A DNA stretch of 64,000 nt from Alphaproteobacteria bacterium (GCA_900769705.1 CAAGHP010000002.1:15633-79632), one strand, 5' to 3'; positions 48,776-59,090 are shown, counted from the stretch's first letter. The notes: generated by a model not told the origin, from the sequence alone. Made by a program: numbers and translations.

Positions 48776-51118
48776 ATGAGCGACATATTTGATTTAGACG
48801 ACAGCTGCTGCGCGCCGCAGCTTTATGACAACATCAGTGCTTTGCGCCCGTCCGCACCGTGGCTGAATGAGCTTAATCCTGAGCAAAAGCAGGCTGTGGA
48901 AACAACCGAAGGTCCGCTTTTGGTGCTTTCGGGCGCCGGTACGGGAAAAACCAAAGTTTTAACCACCCGTTTGGCCTATATTTTGACAATGCGGAAGGCT
49001 CAGCCGTGGAATTGTCTGGTTGTAACCTTTACCAACCGCGCCGCCAAAGAGATGAAAGAACGCGTGCAAAACCTTATTGGCGATATGGCAAACAGCGTTT
49101 GGCTTGGCACTTTTCACAGTATTTGTGTCAAAATTCTGCGTGCTCATGCCGAAGTGGTCGGTCTGCATTCCAACTTTACGATTCTGGGCGAAGACGACCA
49201 AAAACGTTTGATTAAGCAAATTTGCGAATCTTCCGGCATAGATGAAAAAAAATATCCGGCGCAAAGTCTGATGGAAAGAATCGCCCGCCTTAAAGATAAA
49301 GGTATTACCGTGGATAAAGCGGCACAAGATTATCGCTCTAATGTTTTGCTGGAAGTCTACAAAAAGTATCAAGCCCGCATGGTGGAGTTGAATTGCGTCG
49401 ATTTTGGCGATATATTGCTGGATACGCTCACTATTTTGATGTCTGATGCCGAAATTTTGCGCAAATATCAAGAAAAATTTCAATATATTATGGTGGACGA
49501 GTATCAAGACACCAACGTTACGCAATATCTGTTTTTGCGTCTGCTTTCGCAAAAATATCGCAATTTGTGCTGTGTGGGGGATGACGACCAATCCATTTAT
49601 TCCTGGCGCGGTGCGGAAATTGAAAACATTATGCGCTTTCAAAAAGATTTTGAAGATGCAAAAGTTATCCGTTTGGAGCGCAACTACCGTTCAACCGCCA
49701 ATATTTTGAACGCCGCCTCAGCTCTGATAGCCCACAATTCAACACGCTTGGGCAAAACTTTGCGCGTGGCCGAAAACAGTCCGGCAAGCAAAGGCTCTAA
49801 TGAAAAAATCAAAGTTTTGAGCATTTACAGCGGCGAAGAAGAGGCTAAATGGATAGCTTCTGAAATTGAGCGGCTGCACCGCGGCGGACACCCCTACTCC
49901 GATTTTGCGGTTTTGGTGCGCACGGCTTTTCAAACCCGCGAATTTGAAGAAAAATTTATCAGCGAAGCCATACCATATCAAGTTATCGGCGGACCAAAAT
50001 TCTATGAACGCGCCGAAATCCGCGATTTATTGGCTTATTTCAGAGTTATTTTGCAGCCTGGCGATGATTTGGCATTTGAACGCATCATCAACAAACCGGC
50101 ACGCGGCATTGGTGCCAAAACCATTGAAAAATTACAGGAAACTGCCCGCAACAATCATACTTCAATGTTTGCGGCAGTGAATATTCTGTTGGAAAACGGC
50201 GGACTTAGCGGCAAAGCTAAAACAAATTTAAGCGAGCTTATGGCAAAATTTGCTGAATGGCAGCGCGTGGCCAACGCTGTTTCTCCAAACGATTTAGCCG
50301 AACAGGTTTTGGACGAGTCCGGCTATTTGGAAATGCTGAAAAATGATACTTCGGCTGACGCTCCGGGGCGTATTGAAAACTTGAAAGAACTTGTCGGCGT
50401 GATGGGCGATACCGAAAACTATCCGAATTTGGCTGAATTTTTGGAACACGTCAGCTTGGTTATGGATAACGACAACGCCGTTGACAACAATAAGGTTATG
50501 CTGATAACCCTGCACTCTGCCAAAGGTTTGGAATTTAACATCGTCTTTTTACCGGGGTGGGAAGAAGGTTTATTTCCGCATCAAAAAAGCCTTGATGAAG
50601 GCGGAACCAACTCGCTGGAAGAAGAACGTCGTCTGGCCTATGTGGCTATTACGCGCGCCAAGCAAAAACTCTATATTACTACCACTTATTGCCGCCGCGT
50701 CTACGGACAATGGCAAAACAATATGCCATCACGCTTTTTGAATGAAATTCCGACTTCAACACTGGATATTGTCAACCAAACCAGCAGCTGCTACAACGGC
50801 GGCGGTTCGGGTTACAATTCATACGGCAACAACAGCGGTTATAACGGCGGATACAAAAAATACGGCAGCAAATACAGCAACAAGCCGAAATTTTCGACCA
50901 AGCCTAGTTATCAAGCCGACTATGACTATGAACCTAACGATTATGCCGATTATGATTCATATCAAAGCAGCAAAGCGTCCAGTCTGGTTGGCACAAGAGT
51001 ATATCACGAAAGTTTCGGTTACGGCAAAATAACCAATGTTGAGGGGCAAACCTGCGAAGTGGAATTTGAAAAATTCGGCCGCCGCAAAATTATGGGAACA
51101 TACCTAAGAAGAGCCTGA
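48776..51118 (+). CDS. uvrD: UvrD/PcrA/Rep-family DNA helicase with low-complexity Gly/Tyr/Asn-rich linker and Tudor-like C-terminal domain
   Basis: Helicase motifs I (SGAGTGKT), II (YIMVDEYQDTN), V and VI (VAITRAK) are present. The C-terminus VGTRVYHESFGYGKI is UvrD_C_2-like. Confidence 0.85.
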   Translation: MSDIFDLDDSCCAPQLYDNISALRPSAPWLNELNPEQKQAVETTEGPLLVLSGAGTGKTKVLTTRLAYILTMRKAQPWNCLVVTFTNRAAKEMKERVQNLIGDMANSVWLGTFHSICVKILRAHAEVVGLHSNFTILGEDDQKRLIKQICESSGIDEKKYPAQSLMERIARLKDKGITVDKAAQDYRSNVLLEVYKKYQARMVELNCVDFGDILLDTLTILMSDAEILRKYQEKFQYIMVDEYQDTNVTQYLFLRLLSQKYRNLCCVGDDDQSIYSWRGAEIENIMRFQKDFEDAKVIRLERNYRSTANILNAASALIAHNSTRLGKTLRVAENSPASKGSNEKIKVLSIYSGEEEAKWIASEIERLHRGGHPYSDFAVLVRTAFQTREFEEKFISEAIPYQVIGGPKFYERAEIRDLLAYFRVILQPGDDLAFERIINKPARGIGAKTIEKLQETARNNHTSMFAAVNILLENGGLSGKAKTNLSELMAKFAEWQRVANAVSPNDLAEQVLDESGYLEMLKNDTSADAPGRIENLKELVGVMGDTENYPNLAEFLEHVSLVMDNDNAVDNNKVMLITLHSAKGLEFNIVFLPGWEEGLFPHQKSLDEGGTNSLEEERRLAYVAITRAKQKLYITTTYCRRVYGQWQNNMPSRFLNEIPTSTLDIVNQTSSCYNGGGSGYNSYGNNSGYNGGYKKYGSKYSNKPKFSTKPSYQADYDYEPNDYADYDSYQSSKASSLVGTRVYHESFGYGKITNVEGQTCEVEFEKFGRRKIMGTYLRRA

Positions 51119-51130
51119 TTAAAGCAATTT

Positions 51131-51171
51131 AAAAAAAAGAACCACGCGTTAAACGCGTGATTCTTTTTTTT
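51131..51171. terminator. bidirectional terminator between uvrD and thrS
   Basis: GAACCACGCG ttaa ACGCGTGATTC hairpin flanked by A8 and T9. Confidence 0.8.
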
Positions 51172-51191
51172 ACAGCATTCTGAATATTTGA

Positions 51192-53123
51192 CTATTCAAA
51201 TCTATGCGGCATTTCCGCTTCTTTTTGCAACATAGCCACAAAGTCGTCCAAAGCCATAACTTCTTGTTTTTCCGAACCCAGACGGCGAACTGTCACCGTG
51301 CGGTTTTCTTTTTCTTTAGCGCCGACAACAGCAATTACCGGAATTTTTGCCAAAGAATGTTCTCGAACTTTGTAGTTGATTTTCTCGTTACGCAAATCTG
51401 TTTCAGCTGTTAAGCCAGCTTTAGTCAAAGCATCGGCAACTTCTTTTGCATAATCGTCAAACTCACTGACAATCGGAGCAACCACCACTTGTTCAGGCGA
51501 CAGCCACAAAGGCAGTTTACCGGCGTGATGTTCAATCAAAATACCCAAGAAACGCTCAATAGAGCCAAACAAAGCGCGGTGCAGCATAACCGGCTGATGT
51601 TTTTCGCCGTCTTCGCCGATATATGATATATCAAAACGCTGTGGCAAGTTCATATCAACCTGAATTGTACCGCATTGCCATTCACGACCGATGGCGTCGC
51701 GCAAAATAAATTCCAATTTAGGGCCGTAAAAAGCACCTTCGCCGGCGTTGATTTCATATTTATAGCCGTGTTTATCCAGCGCGTGAGCCAAAGAATTTTC
51801 GCACAAATCCCAAATTTCATCAGAACCGATACGATAAATGCTGTCAGGACGAGTCGACAAATAAATTTTGATGTTATCAAAACCAAAGTCTTTATAAATA
51901 TCAAAAATCAGTTTCATCGTACGAATGCACTCATCTTCCATTTGTTCCGGAGTGCAGAAAATGTGCGCATCATCTTGCGTAAATTCACGCACGCGCATCA
52001 ACCCCATCAAAGAGCCGGAAGCCTCATAGCGGTTTACCTTACCAAATTCAGCTATACGCAGCGGCAAATCACGATAAGACTTAACGCCTTGTTTATAAAC
52101 AAGCAATCCTCCTGGACAGTTCATTGGTTTAACGCAAAATTCTTTACCGTCTTCGGTTTTACCGGAATAGTTATGCGCACCATATTTATCCCAGTGGCCG
52201 GAGGTCACCCACAAGCATTTATCCATAATACGCGGTGTAGAAATTTCTTCATAACCGTTATGTTCTTGGCGATTGCGCATATATTCAATCAGTTTGCGAT
52301 ATACTCTATATCCTTTGTCATGCCAAAAAACGGCACCCGGAGCGTATTCCGGCTCAAAATGGAACAAATCCATTTCCTTGCCGATTTTACGATGGTCGCG
52401 CTTAGCGGCTTCTTCAAGCATTGTCAAATAAGCGTCCAATTCCTTTTTAGTCGGCCATGCGGTTGCATACAAACGCTGCAGCATTTCATTTTTGGCATCA
52501 CCGCGCCAATAAGCGCCGGCAACTTTTGTAATTTTGAATGCATCGCCGATTTTACCGGTTGACGGAACGTGCGGACCGCGGCACAAATCGGTGTAATTAC
52601 CTTGACGATATAAAGTAATTGTTTCATCTTCAGGCAAATCTTCAATAATTTGCACTTTATAATGTTCGCCCAGTTTTTTGAAAAACTCGATAGCTTCCTG
52701 ACGTGACATTACAATGCGTTCAATTTTTTCATCTCGTTTAACAATTTCATGCATTTTGGCTTCTATTTTAGCAAAATCTTCCGTTGTAAAGTTTTCTTTG
52801 CACGAAAAGTCATAATAAAAACCGTTATCAATAGCCGGACCGATTGTTACTTGAGCATCCGGCCACAGTTCTTTAACAGCTTGAGCCATAACGTGAGAGC
52901 AAGAGTGACGCAAAATTTGTAAACCGTCTTTGTCCTTGGCGGTGATAATAGTGACTGTAGAATCGGTGGTTATCGGAGCAGTTAAGTCCTGTAATTTGTC
53001 ATTAACGGAAACTGCCAAAGCGGCCTTTCCCAAACTTGTGCTGATTTTATTGGCGATTTCCAAGCCGGAAACGCCGTCTTTTTCATCTAATATACTGCCA
53101 TCCGGCAATTTAATTTTAACCAT
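51192..53123 (-). CDS. thrS: threonine--tRNA ligase
   Basis: TGS and second-additional domains, class II core (FRDE-type motifs, HRAL) and a C-terminal anticodon-binding domain are present. Length is 643 aa. Confidence 0.92.
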   Translation of the reverse strand: MVKIKLPDGSILDEKDGVSGLEIANKISTSLGKAALAVSVNDKLQDLTAPITTDSTVTIITAKDKDGLQILRHSCSHVMAQAVKELWPDAQVTIGPAIDNGFYYDFSCKENFTTEDFAKIEAKMHEIVKRDEKIERIVMSRQEAIEFFKKLGEHYKVQIIEDLPEDETITLYRQGNYTDLCRGPHVPSTGKIGDAFKITKVAGAYWRGDAKNEMLQRLYATAWPTKKELDAYLTMLEEAAKRDHRKIGKEMDLFHFEPEYAPGAVFWHDKGYRVYRKLIEYMRNRQEHNGYEEISTPRIMDKCLWVTSGHWDKYGAHNYSGKTEDGKEFCVKPMNCPGGLLVYKQGVKSYRDLPLRIAEFGKVNRYEASGSLMGLMRVREFTQDDAHIFCTPEQMEDECIRTMKLIFDIYKDFGFDNIKIYLSTRPDSIYRIGSDEIWDLCENSLAHALDKHGYKYEINAGEGAFYGPKLEFILRDAIGREWQCGTIQVDMNLPQRFDISYIGEDGEKHQPVMLHRALFGSIERFLGILIEHHAGKLPLWLSPEQVVVAPIVSEFDDYAKEVADALTKAGLTAETDLRNEKINYKVREHSLAKIPVIAVVGAKEKENRTVTVRRLGSEKQEVMALDDFVAMLQKEAEMPHRFE

Positions 53124-53154
53124 TTTATCTACCTTTTCACTATTAAAAAGTTCA

Positions 53155-54306
53155 TTATAAGTTTATCAGTTCTTTATAAACCTCGATTGTTTTATCACAC
53201 ATAATTTGTTTTGTAAAATGTTCTTTTACATTTTTTATACCGGCAGCGCCGATTTTTTCTCTTTCATCGGTTGAAAGGTGCAAAGCCCAATCAATAGCTT
53301 CGGCCAAAGCTTGGACGCTGGTGCTTTCATAAAGCCTGCCGGTCACGCCGTCTATCACGGTTTCTACAGAACCGCCGATGTTAGACGCAACAACTACTCT
53401 GCCCATAGCCTGCCCTTCAATCGCAATGCGCCCGAAAGCCTCCGGTTCAATAGAAGTTGAAAGCACAACGTCCGAAACCATCATTGCCGCCGGAATATCC
53501 TTGACATTGCGGATAAATAAAAAGCGGTCTGTCATATTATAATTGGCAATCATCTTGCGCAGCTCGGAAGAATATTTTTTGCGTCCTTGGTCGTCGCCGA
53601 TTATCACGCAAAAAAAGTCTTCATTATCAATCAGATGCAGTGCTTCAATCAGTAATTTCTGCCCTTTCCAATTAGTCAGGCGGCCAATCAAAGTCACAAT
53701 CGGCTTATCTTCCGGAATATTATTATCTTCCAAATACTTAATCATTCGTTCGGCGGAAGTGGTTTCCACATTAAAGTTTTCCATATTAACGCAGCGGTGA
53801 ATCAAGCGAATCTTACTTTCATCCGTTTTATAATTTTTCAAAATATGCTGCTTTATGTGGTTGGAAATAGCAATCACGCGTTCGCCGTAAGTCATAATTT
53901 TGTTATAGAATTTCTTAATACCCCACGGACCTAAGCCGTATGTACCGTGGAAAGTAGTCACAAAATGCACGCCGCAGCGTTTTGCCGCCCAATAAGCGCT
54001 CCAAGCCGGAGCTCGCGAACGGGCATGCACAATGGTAATGCCGTATTTTTTAATAATTCGCGCCAAACGCAGCGAATTTAAATACATTTTGAAAATATTT
54101 TTCGTTTTCAGCGGCAACGTAAAATGCTTAACTTTTATACGTTCCAAATTATATTCCATGCGACCACCTTCTGAGGCGACATAGTTTTCAATACCGCGTT
54201 TCTGCAGCTCCGAAGCAATTTCTATGGTGCCGAGTTCTACTCCGCCCTGCCCCAGCTCAGGCAAAACCTGCAGCACTACAATTTTTTTATTATCTTGATT
54301 TTCCAT
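53155..54306 (-). CDS. glycosyltransferase, GT4 (GT-B fold) family
   Basis: EX7E-type C-terminal motif EAFGRIAIEGQAMGRVVVAS is present. Start placed at MENQDNKK with an AGGTGA RBS and an upstream TGTATAAT -10. Confidence 0.72.
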   Translation of the reverse strand: MENQDNKKIVVLQVLPELGQGGVELGTIEIASELQKRGIENYVASEGGRMEYNLERIKVKHFTLPLKTKNIFKMYLNSLRLARIIKKYGITIVHARSRAPAWSAYWAAKRCGVHFVTTFHGTYGLGPWGIKKFYNKIMTYGERVIAISNHIKQHILKNYKTDESKIRLIHRCVNMENFNVETTSAERMIKYLEDNNIPEDKPIVTLIGRLTNWKGQKLLIEALHLIDNEDFFCVIIGDDQGRKKYSSELRKMIANYNMTDRFLFIRNVKDIPAAMMVSDVVLSTSIEPEAFGRIAIEGQAMGRVVVASNIGGSVETVIDGVTGRLYESTSVQALAEAIDWALHLSTDEREKIGAAGIKNVKEHFTKQIMCDKTIEVYKELINL

Positions 54307-54400
54307 ACTTTTCACCTGTACAGTACCATTTAAATCTGCTGTATTATACAATAAATGATGTATTTTTCAAAAATTTACGACAGGTTATGCACATAGCAAC

Positions 54401-54442
54401 ACAAAAAAACACCGCTGTCTTATAACAAGACAACGGCATTTT
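54401..54442. terminator. bidirectional terminator
   Basis: CCGCTGTCTT ataac AAGACAACGG hairpin with flanking A/T runs. Confidence 0.65.
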
Positions 54443-54448
54443 TTTAGG

Positions 54449-54820
54449 TTATTCATCTGTTTCATCCAACTTGCATTCTTTTTCAGGCTCAGTAATAGCC
54501 ATAAACCAGTCAATGACTTTTTTATCGGTTTTGGCTGCAATAATACCGTTAAACACAGCTGCAACAAAGAATGTAGCAATTCCGGCAACCAGCGGCAATA
54601 TCAGGGACAAAGCCAAGAATACTGCGCATTTTCTGCGGTTGGTCTGAAAATAGCTGGCAGAAACGACGGCTAAACCAACAGAGATAAGGCTGAAGATAAG
54701 ATATTCTATGCCAAAGCCTGAATCCATGTTAATCACAACGCCGTTAGTTTTTGCGCCAACCAACATAATTGCCAAAAAAGCGACAACAAGAACAATAACA
54801 CTGTTACGAGTCTTCTTCAT
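54449..54820 (-). CDS. small integral membrane protein (3-4 TM)
   Basis: 123-aa hydrophobic ORF with a terminator immediately downstream. Confidence 0.45.
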   Translation of the reverse strand: MKKTRNSVIVLVVAFLAIMLVGAKTNGVVINMDSGFGIEYLIFSLISVGLAVVSASYFQTNRRKCAVFLALSLILPLVAGIATFFVAAVFNGIIAAKTDKKVIDWFMAITEPEKECKLDETDE

Positions 54821-54998
54821 AATCTTGAAAAATTAAATAGTTAAACAAACAAGTTAATTTATAAGTTTATGGTATTTAATCTTCAAAAAGATGTAAAGAC
54901 AACAAATTTAATTGCCATAATTCTAACCATAATACTTATTTAATACATTTTTATTGTATGATTATTTTTGACTTTATGCAAGAAATTTTTAAATATTT

Positions 54999-55028
54999 TC
55001 TTGTTTTTTTGTACAAAATTGGTATAAT
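54999..55028 (+). promoter_or_regulatory. sigma70 promoter with extended -10 (TTGTTT-16-TGgTATAAT)
   Basis: Perfect TATAAT with an upstream TG. Confidence 0.5.
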
Positions 55029-55059
55029 AGACTAAAAGAATTTCACTCAGGAGAATAAA

Positions 55060-55797
55060 ATGTCTGCTGTAAATTTTACATTAAAACCTGTAAAGACTAC
55101 AAAACTTTATTTAGATAATAGTTTTGCCCTGAAAAAACGTTTTAATTATGTTTATGTGGATTTAGAATCTGCTTTTACAGCTATCAGACAGGCTGAACCC
55201 AAGGTTTCTCTTGATAAATTTGAACGCTATCTAAAATCATGCAATAATGACGGACACTGCTTGCAGGAAAGTTATTACGATTCGGCAAAAACTCAACTAA
55301 TGAGCAAATGTATTGTCGATAAAAACGGTCACAAAGATGGGCCTTCATTGCACTATTCCGAAGACGGTCAATCCGTGACGTACGGCTGGTATCGCAAAGG
55401 CAAACCGCATGGTAAATGGATAAAAAAAAGCAAAAACGGCGTAATCTCAAGCTTTAGTATGATTTATGACAGAAGCGGGCAAAAAATTTCACCGGATACC
55501 TCAGTTTATGACGGAAAATTGAATAAATTTTGGTACAACGCAAAAACCGATGAAATGAAACAAATTCTTGAAAACGGCGAACCGACAGCAGCTTATAAAG
55601 CTATAATATCCGAAAGAATTTCTAAAATGAAAAATGAAGGACGTTCCGGCGCTGTAAAAATTGATGAAAAATTGGCGGATATCCGTGCTAAAATCAATCA
55701 TTCCAATTCAGAACAAAGCAATACCGCGGCAAAACCGCAGGTTAAAATACAGCCCCGTCTGAAAGCAGCAATAAAATCCGACTTTTTGGAAAAATAA
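55060..55797 (+). CDS. hypothetical protein with MORN-variant/YwqK-like repeats
   Basis: HYSEDGQSVTYGWYRKGKPHGKWIKKSKNG fits the G.W..Y..G...G.W MORN-like pattern. RBS is AGGAGA. Confidence 0.45.
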   Translation: MSAVNFTLKPVKTTKLYLDNSFALKKRFNYVYVDLESAFTAIRQAEPKVSLDKFERYLKSCNNDGHCLQESYYDSAKTQLMSKCIVDKNGHKDGPSLHYSEDGQSVTYGWYRKGKPHGKWIKKSKNGVISSFSMIYDRSGQKISPDTSVYDGKLNKFWYNAKTDEMKQILENGEPTAAYKAIISERISKMKNEGRSGAVKIDEKLADIRAKINHSNSEQSNTAAKPQVKIQPRLKAAIKSDFLEK

Positions 55798-55818
55798 AAA
55801 ATCACAGAGGCTGCATTA

Positions 55819-57282
55819 TTATAAAAAACTTTCATAAACTTTAGAATTTTTTGCTAATTCTTGTTCTAAAATTTTTGCGCCATATTTTTCAACCAATGTC
55901 GGTTCAGAAGACAATAGAGATGTGCCTAAGCCAAAAGAATGATTTTGCCACTTAACTCCGGCTAATTCCAATATAGTCGGTGCCCAGTCAAATTGATTAA
56001 ACGGTTTGTAAATAATTTGTTCTTTAATATTCTTACCAATAACTATATTATAAGTTTTTCGTGTCGGCACTTGCTGTAATAGATATTCTATATTTGAAGG
56101 CATCATAAGATGATCTCCGGTAACAATAAGAATTGTATCATCATAAAATGATTGCTTTTTAAACCAATCTATAAATTCGGCAACCTGAAAAGACGTGCAT
56201 TTAACAACATCACGCATATCACCGTATTTTTGCGTGCATTTATCATCGTGATAACCTAAAGGGAAATGTGTATCTAAAGTTGTTCCGCTAATAAAAAAGT
56301 TTTTATTTGAATTTGCAATTTTTGTAATTTTAGACTTAAAAATTTCAAAAAAAGCTCTATCTTTTATTGCTCGATATCCATTGTTACTTGTTTGCTTTAT
56401 AAATATTGCAGGATTGCGATTGACTAAATCAAATCCTCCCTCAGCCTTCTTAAATCCGTGTAATCGTACAAATTCCGAAGTTCCGACAAATTCCATATAT
56501 GAAGATTGTGCAAAATAAGTATAATAACCATGATCATCAAACCAATCTGACACACAATACAAATTCGGCAGAAACTTTTTTTCTCCTTTTGTATTGCTTA
56601 TAGATTGAAAATACATAACCAGAGGTACACCGCACAAAGTTGATACATGGCTTGCTATAGTCCAATTCGTACCAGGCATATTGTTATATCCACTGAAAGA
56701 TAAACCTTTTTCATTTTCTAAATCACTTAATAAATTTTCGCCAAATATCTGCTTATTAGAAAATGATTGTTCTAACGATTCTACAAATAATATCACTATA
56801 TTTTTTTTATTTGCTGTCTGAAATTTCAAAGTATTACCGTCCACATAATTTTGCTCATAAAAATTTGAATACCTGAAAACATTTAACACCCTTTTTATAT
56901 CTGCATAATCAACCATTGAATGCTTTTCAGCAAACATATTTGGAGCATAGCTAAAACTAAAAAAACAAAAGCTGACTAAAAAATATAAAATACAAGAAAG
57001 CCCATATTTTCCTAACCTCAAACTTTGAGAATATTGCTTAGTATAAAAAATCAATAACCCCAGCAAAATAATTAAAATCATACCAAAAGTTATCTGTAAA
57101 ACTGTATACCAAGGTATAACTGATAAAGAATCTTTCAAAAATATGGTGTGAAAAATGAGTTGGTTTATCGAATAATTTCCGAAAATAACTTTAGAAGCGA
57201 ACAAAATACTGCTTAGGCAATAACATAAAATAGATAAATATATAAATAATTTTGCTGCTAATTTAGTTATTTTTTTTAACAT
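55819..57282 (-). CDS. sulfatase-family membrane protein (LtaS/OpgB-like phosphoglycerol transferase)
   Basis: N-terminal TM helices are present. Metal-binding block IVILFVESLEQSF and the GDH-type motif ILIVTGDHLMMPS are found. Confidence 0.65.
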   Translation of the reverse strand: MLKKITKLAAKLFIYLSILCYCLSSILFASKVIFGNYSINQLIFHTIFLKDSLSVIPWYTVLQITFGMILIILLGLLIFYTKQYSQSLRLGKYGLSCILYFLVSFCFFSFSYAPNMFAEKHSMVDYADIKRVLNVFRYSNFYEQNYVDGNTLKFQTANKKNIVILFVESLEQSFSNKQIFGENLLSDLENEKGLSFSGYNNMPGTNWTIASHVSTLCGVPLVMYFQSISNTKGEKKFLPNLYCVSDWFDDHGYYTYFAQSSYMEFVGTSEFVRLHGFKKAEGGFDLVNRNPAIFIKQTSNNGYRAIKDRAFFEIFKSKITKIANSNKNFFISGTTLDTHFPLGYHDDKCTQKYGDMRDVVKCTSFQVAEFIDWFKKQSFYDDTILIVTGDHLMMPSNIEYLLQQVPTRKTYNIVIGKNIKEQIIYKPFNQFDWAPTILELAGVKWQNHSFGLGTSLLSSEPTLVEKYGAKILEQELAKNSKVYESFL

Positions 57283-57380
57283 AGCAATATATACTCCTAA
57301 AATTATTTTTTTACACTATTAAATACACATTATTTTTCAACATCAATTTAATATTATCAACAAAAACCGCAACTTTTTAT

Positions 57381-57423
57381 AAAAAAATCCGTTTATCTAT
57401 AAAAAGATAAACGGATTTTTTTT
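57381..57423. terminator. bidirectional terminator
   Basis: Perfect 11-bp stem TCCGTTTATCT ataaaa AGATAAACGGA with A7 and T8 flanks. Confidence 0.8.
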
Positions 57424-58213
57424 AATACAATTTAGAAACTTGTTCATACGGAATAATATATTCACGCCGCACTGATTTTTCTTTCAGATTAGTATAACGC
57501 AGCAGCAAACCTCTTTGATTTTTGGGCTTGCCGGCTTTGGTATAAAGCTTATGGGCATTCAAATACCGATAAGACATCACAGGCAGCTCATACAAATCTT
57601 TAATCCGCAGTTGTTCAGTAAATACCTGCCATAAAGTCCAAAAATACTGCTGAACTTCCACATTATTTTGGGACTGGCGATAGAAAAATTCTTTTATCAA
57701 AGCATCTTCCGATACTGCATAAACAGTGCCGTTTTTACATTCCGGCTTGAGTTTTTCCAAACGCTTGCTGAAATTACCGACTCCCATACGTGAACTTGCA
57801 ACCATCAGCGCTGTCATTTGATTTGGTTCCAACGAAGTTTGCAGATTTTCCAAAAATGCATTTTTGATATCGGTAAAATACTCTTGCATTTTTGGATACA
57901 CTTCTGCACGGATAGTATAATCCATTGGCTGTATCCATCGATCTTTTACCGCAGACACACCGCAATACATAATATACGCACCCTTGCCGGTTTTAGCCGC
58001 ATCAAGTTGCACTCCGTTCATATATCCCATCAAGACAATCGCTTTTGGTATGCACTCATCATACAGCTCGGCGTTTGCTTGAGTTTCTTTTTTTGTATAG
58101 CGTGGCGTTCTGACTAAAAAATAAACAACAGAAGCAACGGCCATATAAAACACAACTGCTATTCCGGCCAAACATTTCGGCGACATAGCTAAAAAAAACT
58201 TTTTCATAAGCAT
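57422..58213 (-). CDS. hypothetical exported/membrane-anchored protein
   Basis: Start placed at MLMKKFFLAMSPK... (signal/TM). The longer ORF to 58282 would run through its own promoter. Confidence 0.45.
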   Translation of the reverse strand: MLMKKFFLAMSPKCLAGIAVVFYMAVASVVYFLVRTPRYTKKETQANAELYDECIPKAIVLMGYMNGVQLDAAKTGKGAYIMYCGVSAVKDRWIQPMDYTIRAEVYPKMQEYFTDIKNAFLENLQTSLEPNQMTALMVASSRMGVGNFSKRLEKLKPECKNGTVYAVSEDALIKEFFYRQSQNNVEVQQYFWTLWQVFTEQLRIKDLYELPVMSYRYLNAHKLYTKAGKPKNQRGLLLRYTNLKEKSVRREYIIPYEQVSKLY

Positions 58214-58234
58214 AAGATTAATAATAAACAAAAA

Positions 58235-58259
58235 TGTACTCTTTATGTCAACAAGAGTA
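58235..58259 (-). promoter_or_regulatory. promoter with perfect palindrome GTACTCTT-N9-AAGAGTAC centred on the -35 TTGACA
   Basis: Operator-like dyad overlapping the -35 element upstream of 57422..58213. Confidence 0.4.
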
Positions 58260-58292
58260 CATTTCTCAGTTTTATTTGTCAATTAAAATCGA

Positions 58293-58997
58293 CTATTCAC
58301 GCTCTTTATGATTTTTGATATATTTTATAGTGTCAAGCGGTAGCGAATCTACATAATGTTTATGATTATTATTCTTTATAGAATCATTCACATTCAAACT
58401 ATCGCCTTCAACAACCAATGTATCTTCAGCAACTTTTGTTTCTACCTTAACATTATTTTTCCGCTTTACAGCGTTAGCGCGTTCCTCTGCGCGAATTTGC
58501 TCCAATCTGCGGCGTTTTGCAGCGTTAGCACGTTCTTGCAATTCTCCAGCGCGACGGTTTAGATTTTCTTGATAATGTTTAGGGTCGCCCACAACTTGAA
58601 TTTTTCTATTAATAACAATCATACTGTTATTTGCTTTCAGCACACCGTCATCATATGTTTCAACCACATAAACATCGCCGTTTGGCATTTCATATTCTTC
58701 AGGATGAGTTTTTGCACCTGTGCGTTTCAAAGAAACATCAGGATTATTGTCCAGCCCCCACAACAGCTGCTCATATCCTTCCCCTTTCATATTTTTGTCT
58801 TTATAAATAGGAACTGATACTTTGTGCAGATGAACCTCATTGCCATAGATATCAACATCATCGACAGCATCAATAGTCAACATATCTTGAACAGGTTCTT
58901 TTTCCTGATGTTTATCGGTGCAATTAGTCAACGTCGCGGCCAGCGTAACACCCATAGCCACTGTTTTCAACTGATTTAATTTATCTTTCAAAGTCAT
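58293..58997 (-). CDS. hypothetical lipoprotein/exported protein with basic coiled-coil segment
   Basis: Start placed at MTLKDKLNQLKTVAMGVTLAATLTNC with an AGGAG RBS and an upstream TATATAAT. The segment RRAGELQERANAAKRRRLEQIRAEERANAVKR is repetitive. Confidence 0.5.
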   Translation of the reverse strand: MTLKDKLNQLKTVAMGVTLAATLTNCTDKHQEKEPVQDMLTIDAVDDVDIYGNEVHLHKVSVPIYKDKNMKGEGYEQLLWGLDNNPDVSLKRTGAKTHPEEYEMPNGDVYVVETYDDGVLKANNSMIVINRKIQVVGDPKHYQENLNRRAGELQERANAAKRRRLEQIRAEERANAVKRKNNVKVETKVAEDTLVVEGDSLNVNDSIKNNNHKHYVDSLPLDTIKYIKNHKERE

Positions 58998-59090
58998 TTG
59001 ATTTTCTCCTAAATTATATACAATATAGTCCGAAAACATTTTTTTGTCAATAAATTATTCACAATAATCGGTATTTTAAAGTAAATTATT

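Noticed and set aside
51675-52562. 295-aa plus-strand ORF inside thrS.
   Set aside because: It is antisense to thrS and has no domain signal.
57422-58282. Possible GH24 lysozyme-like assignment for the 57422 product.
   Set aside because: Only vague resemblance. The catalytic E-D-T triad cannot be placed confidently, so it is left as hypothetical.
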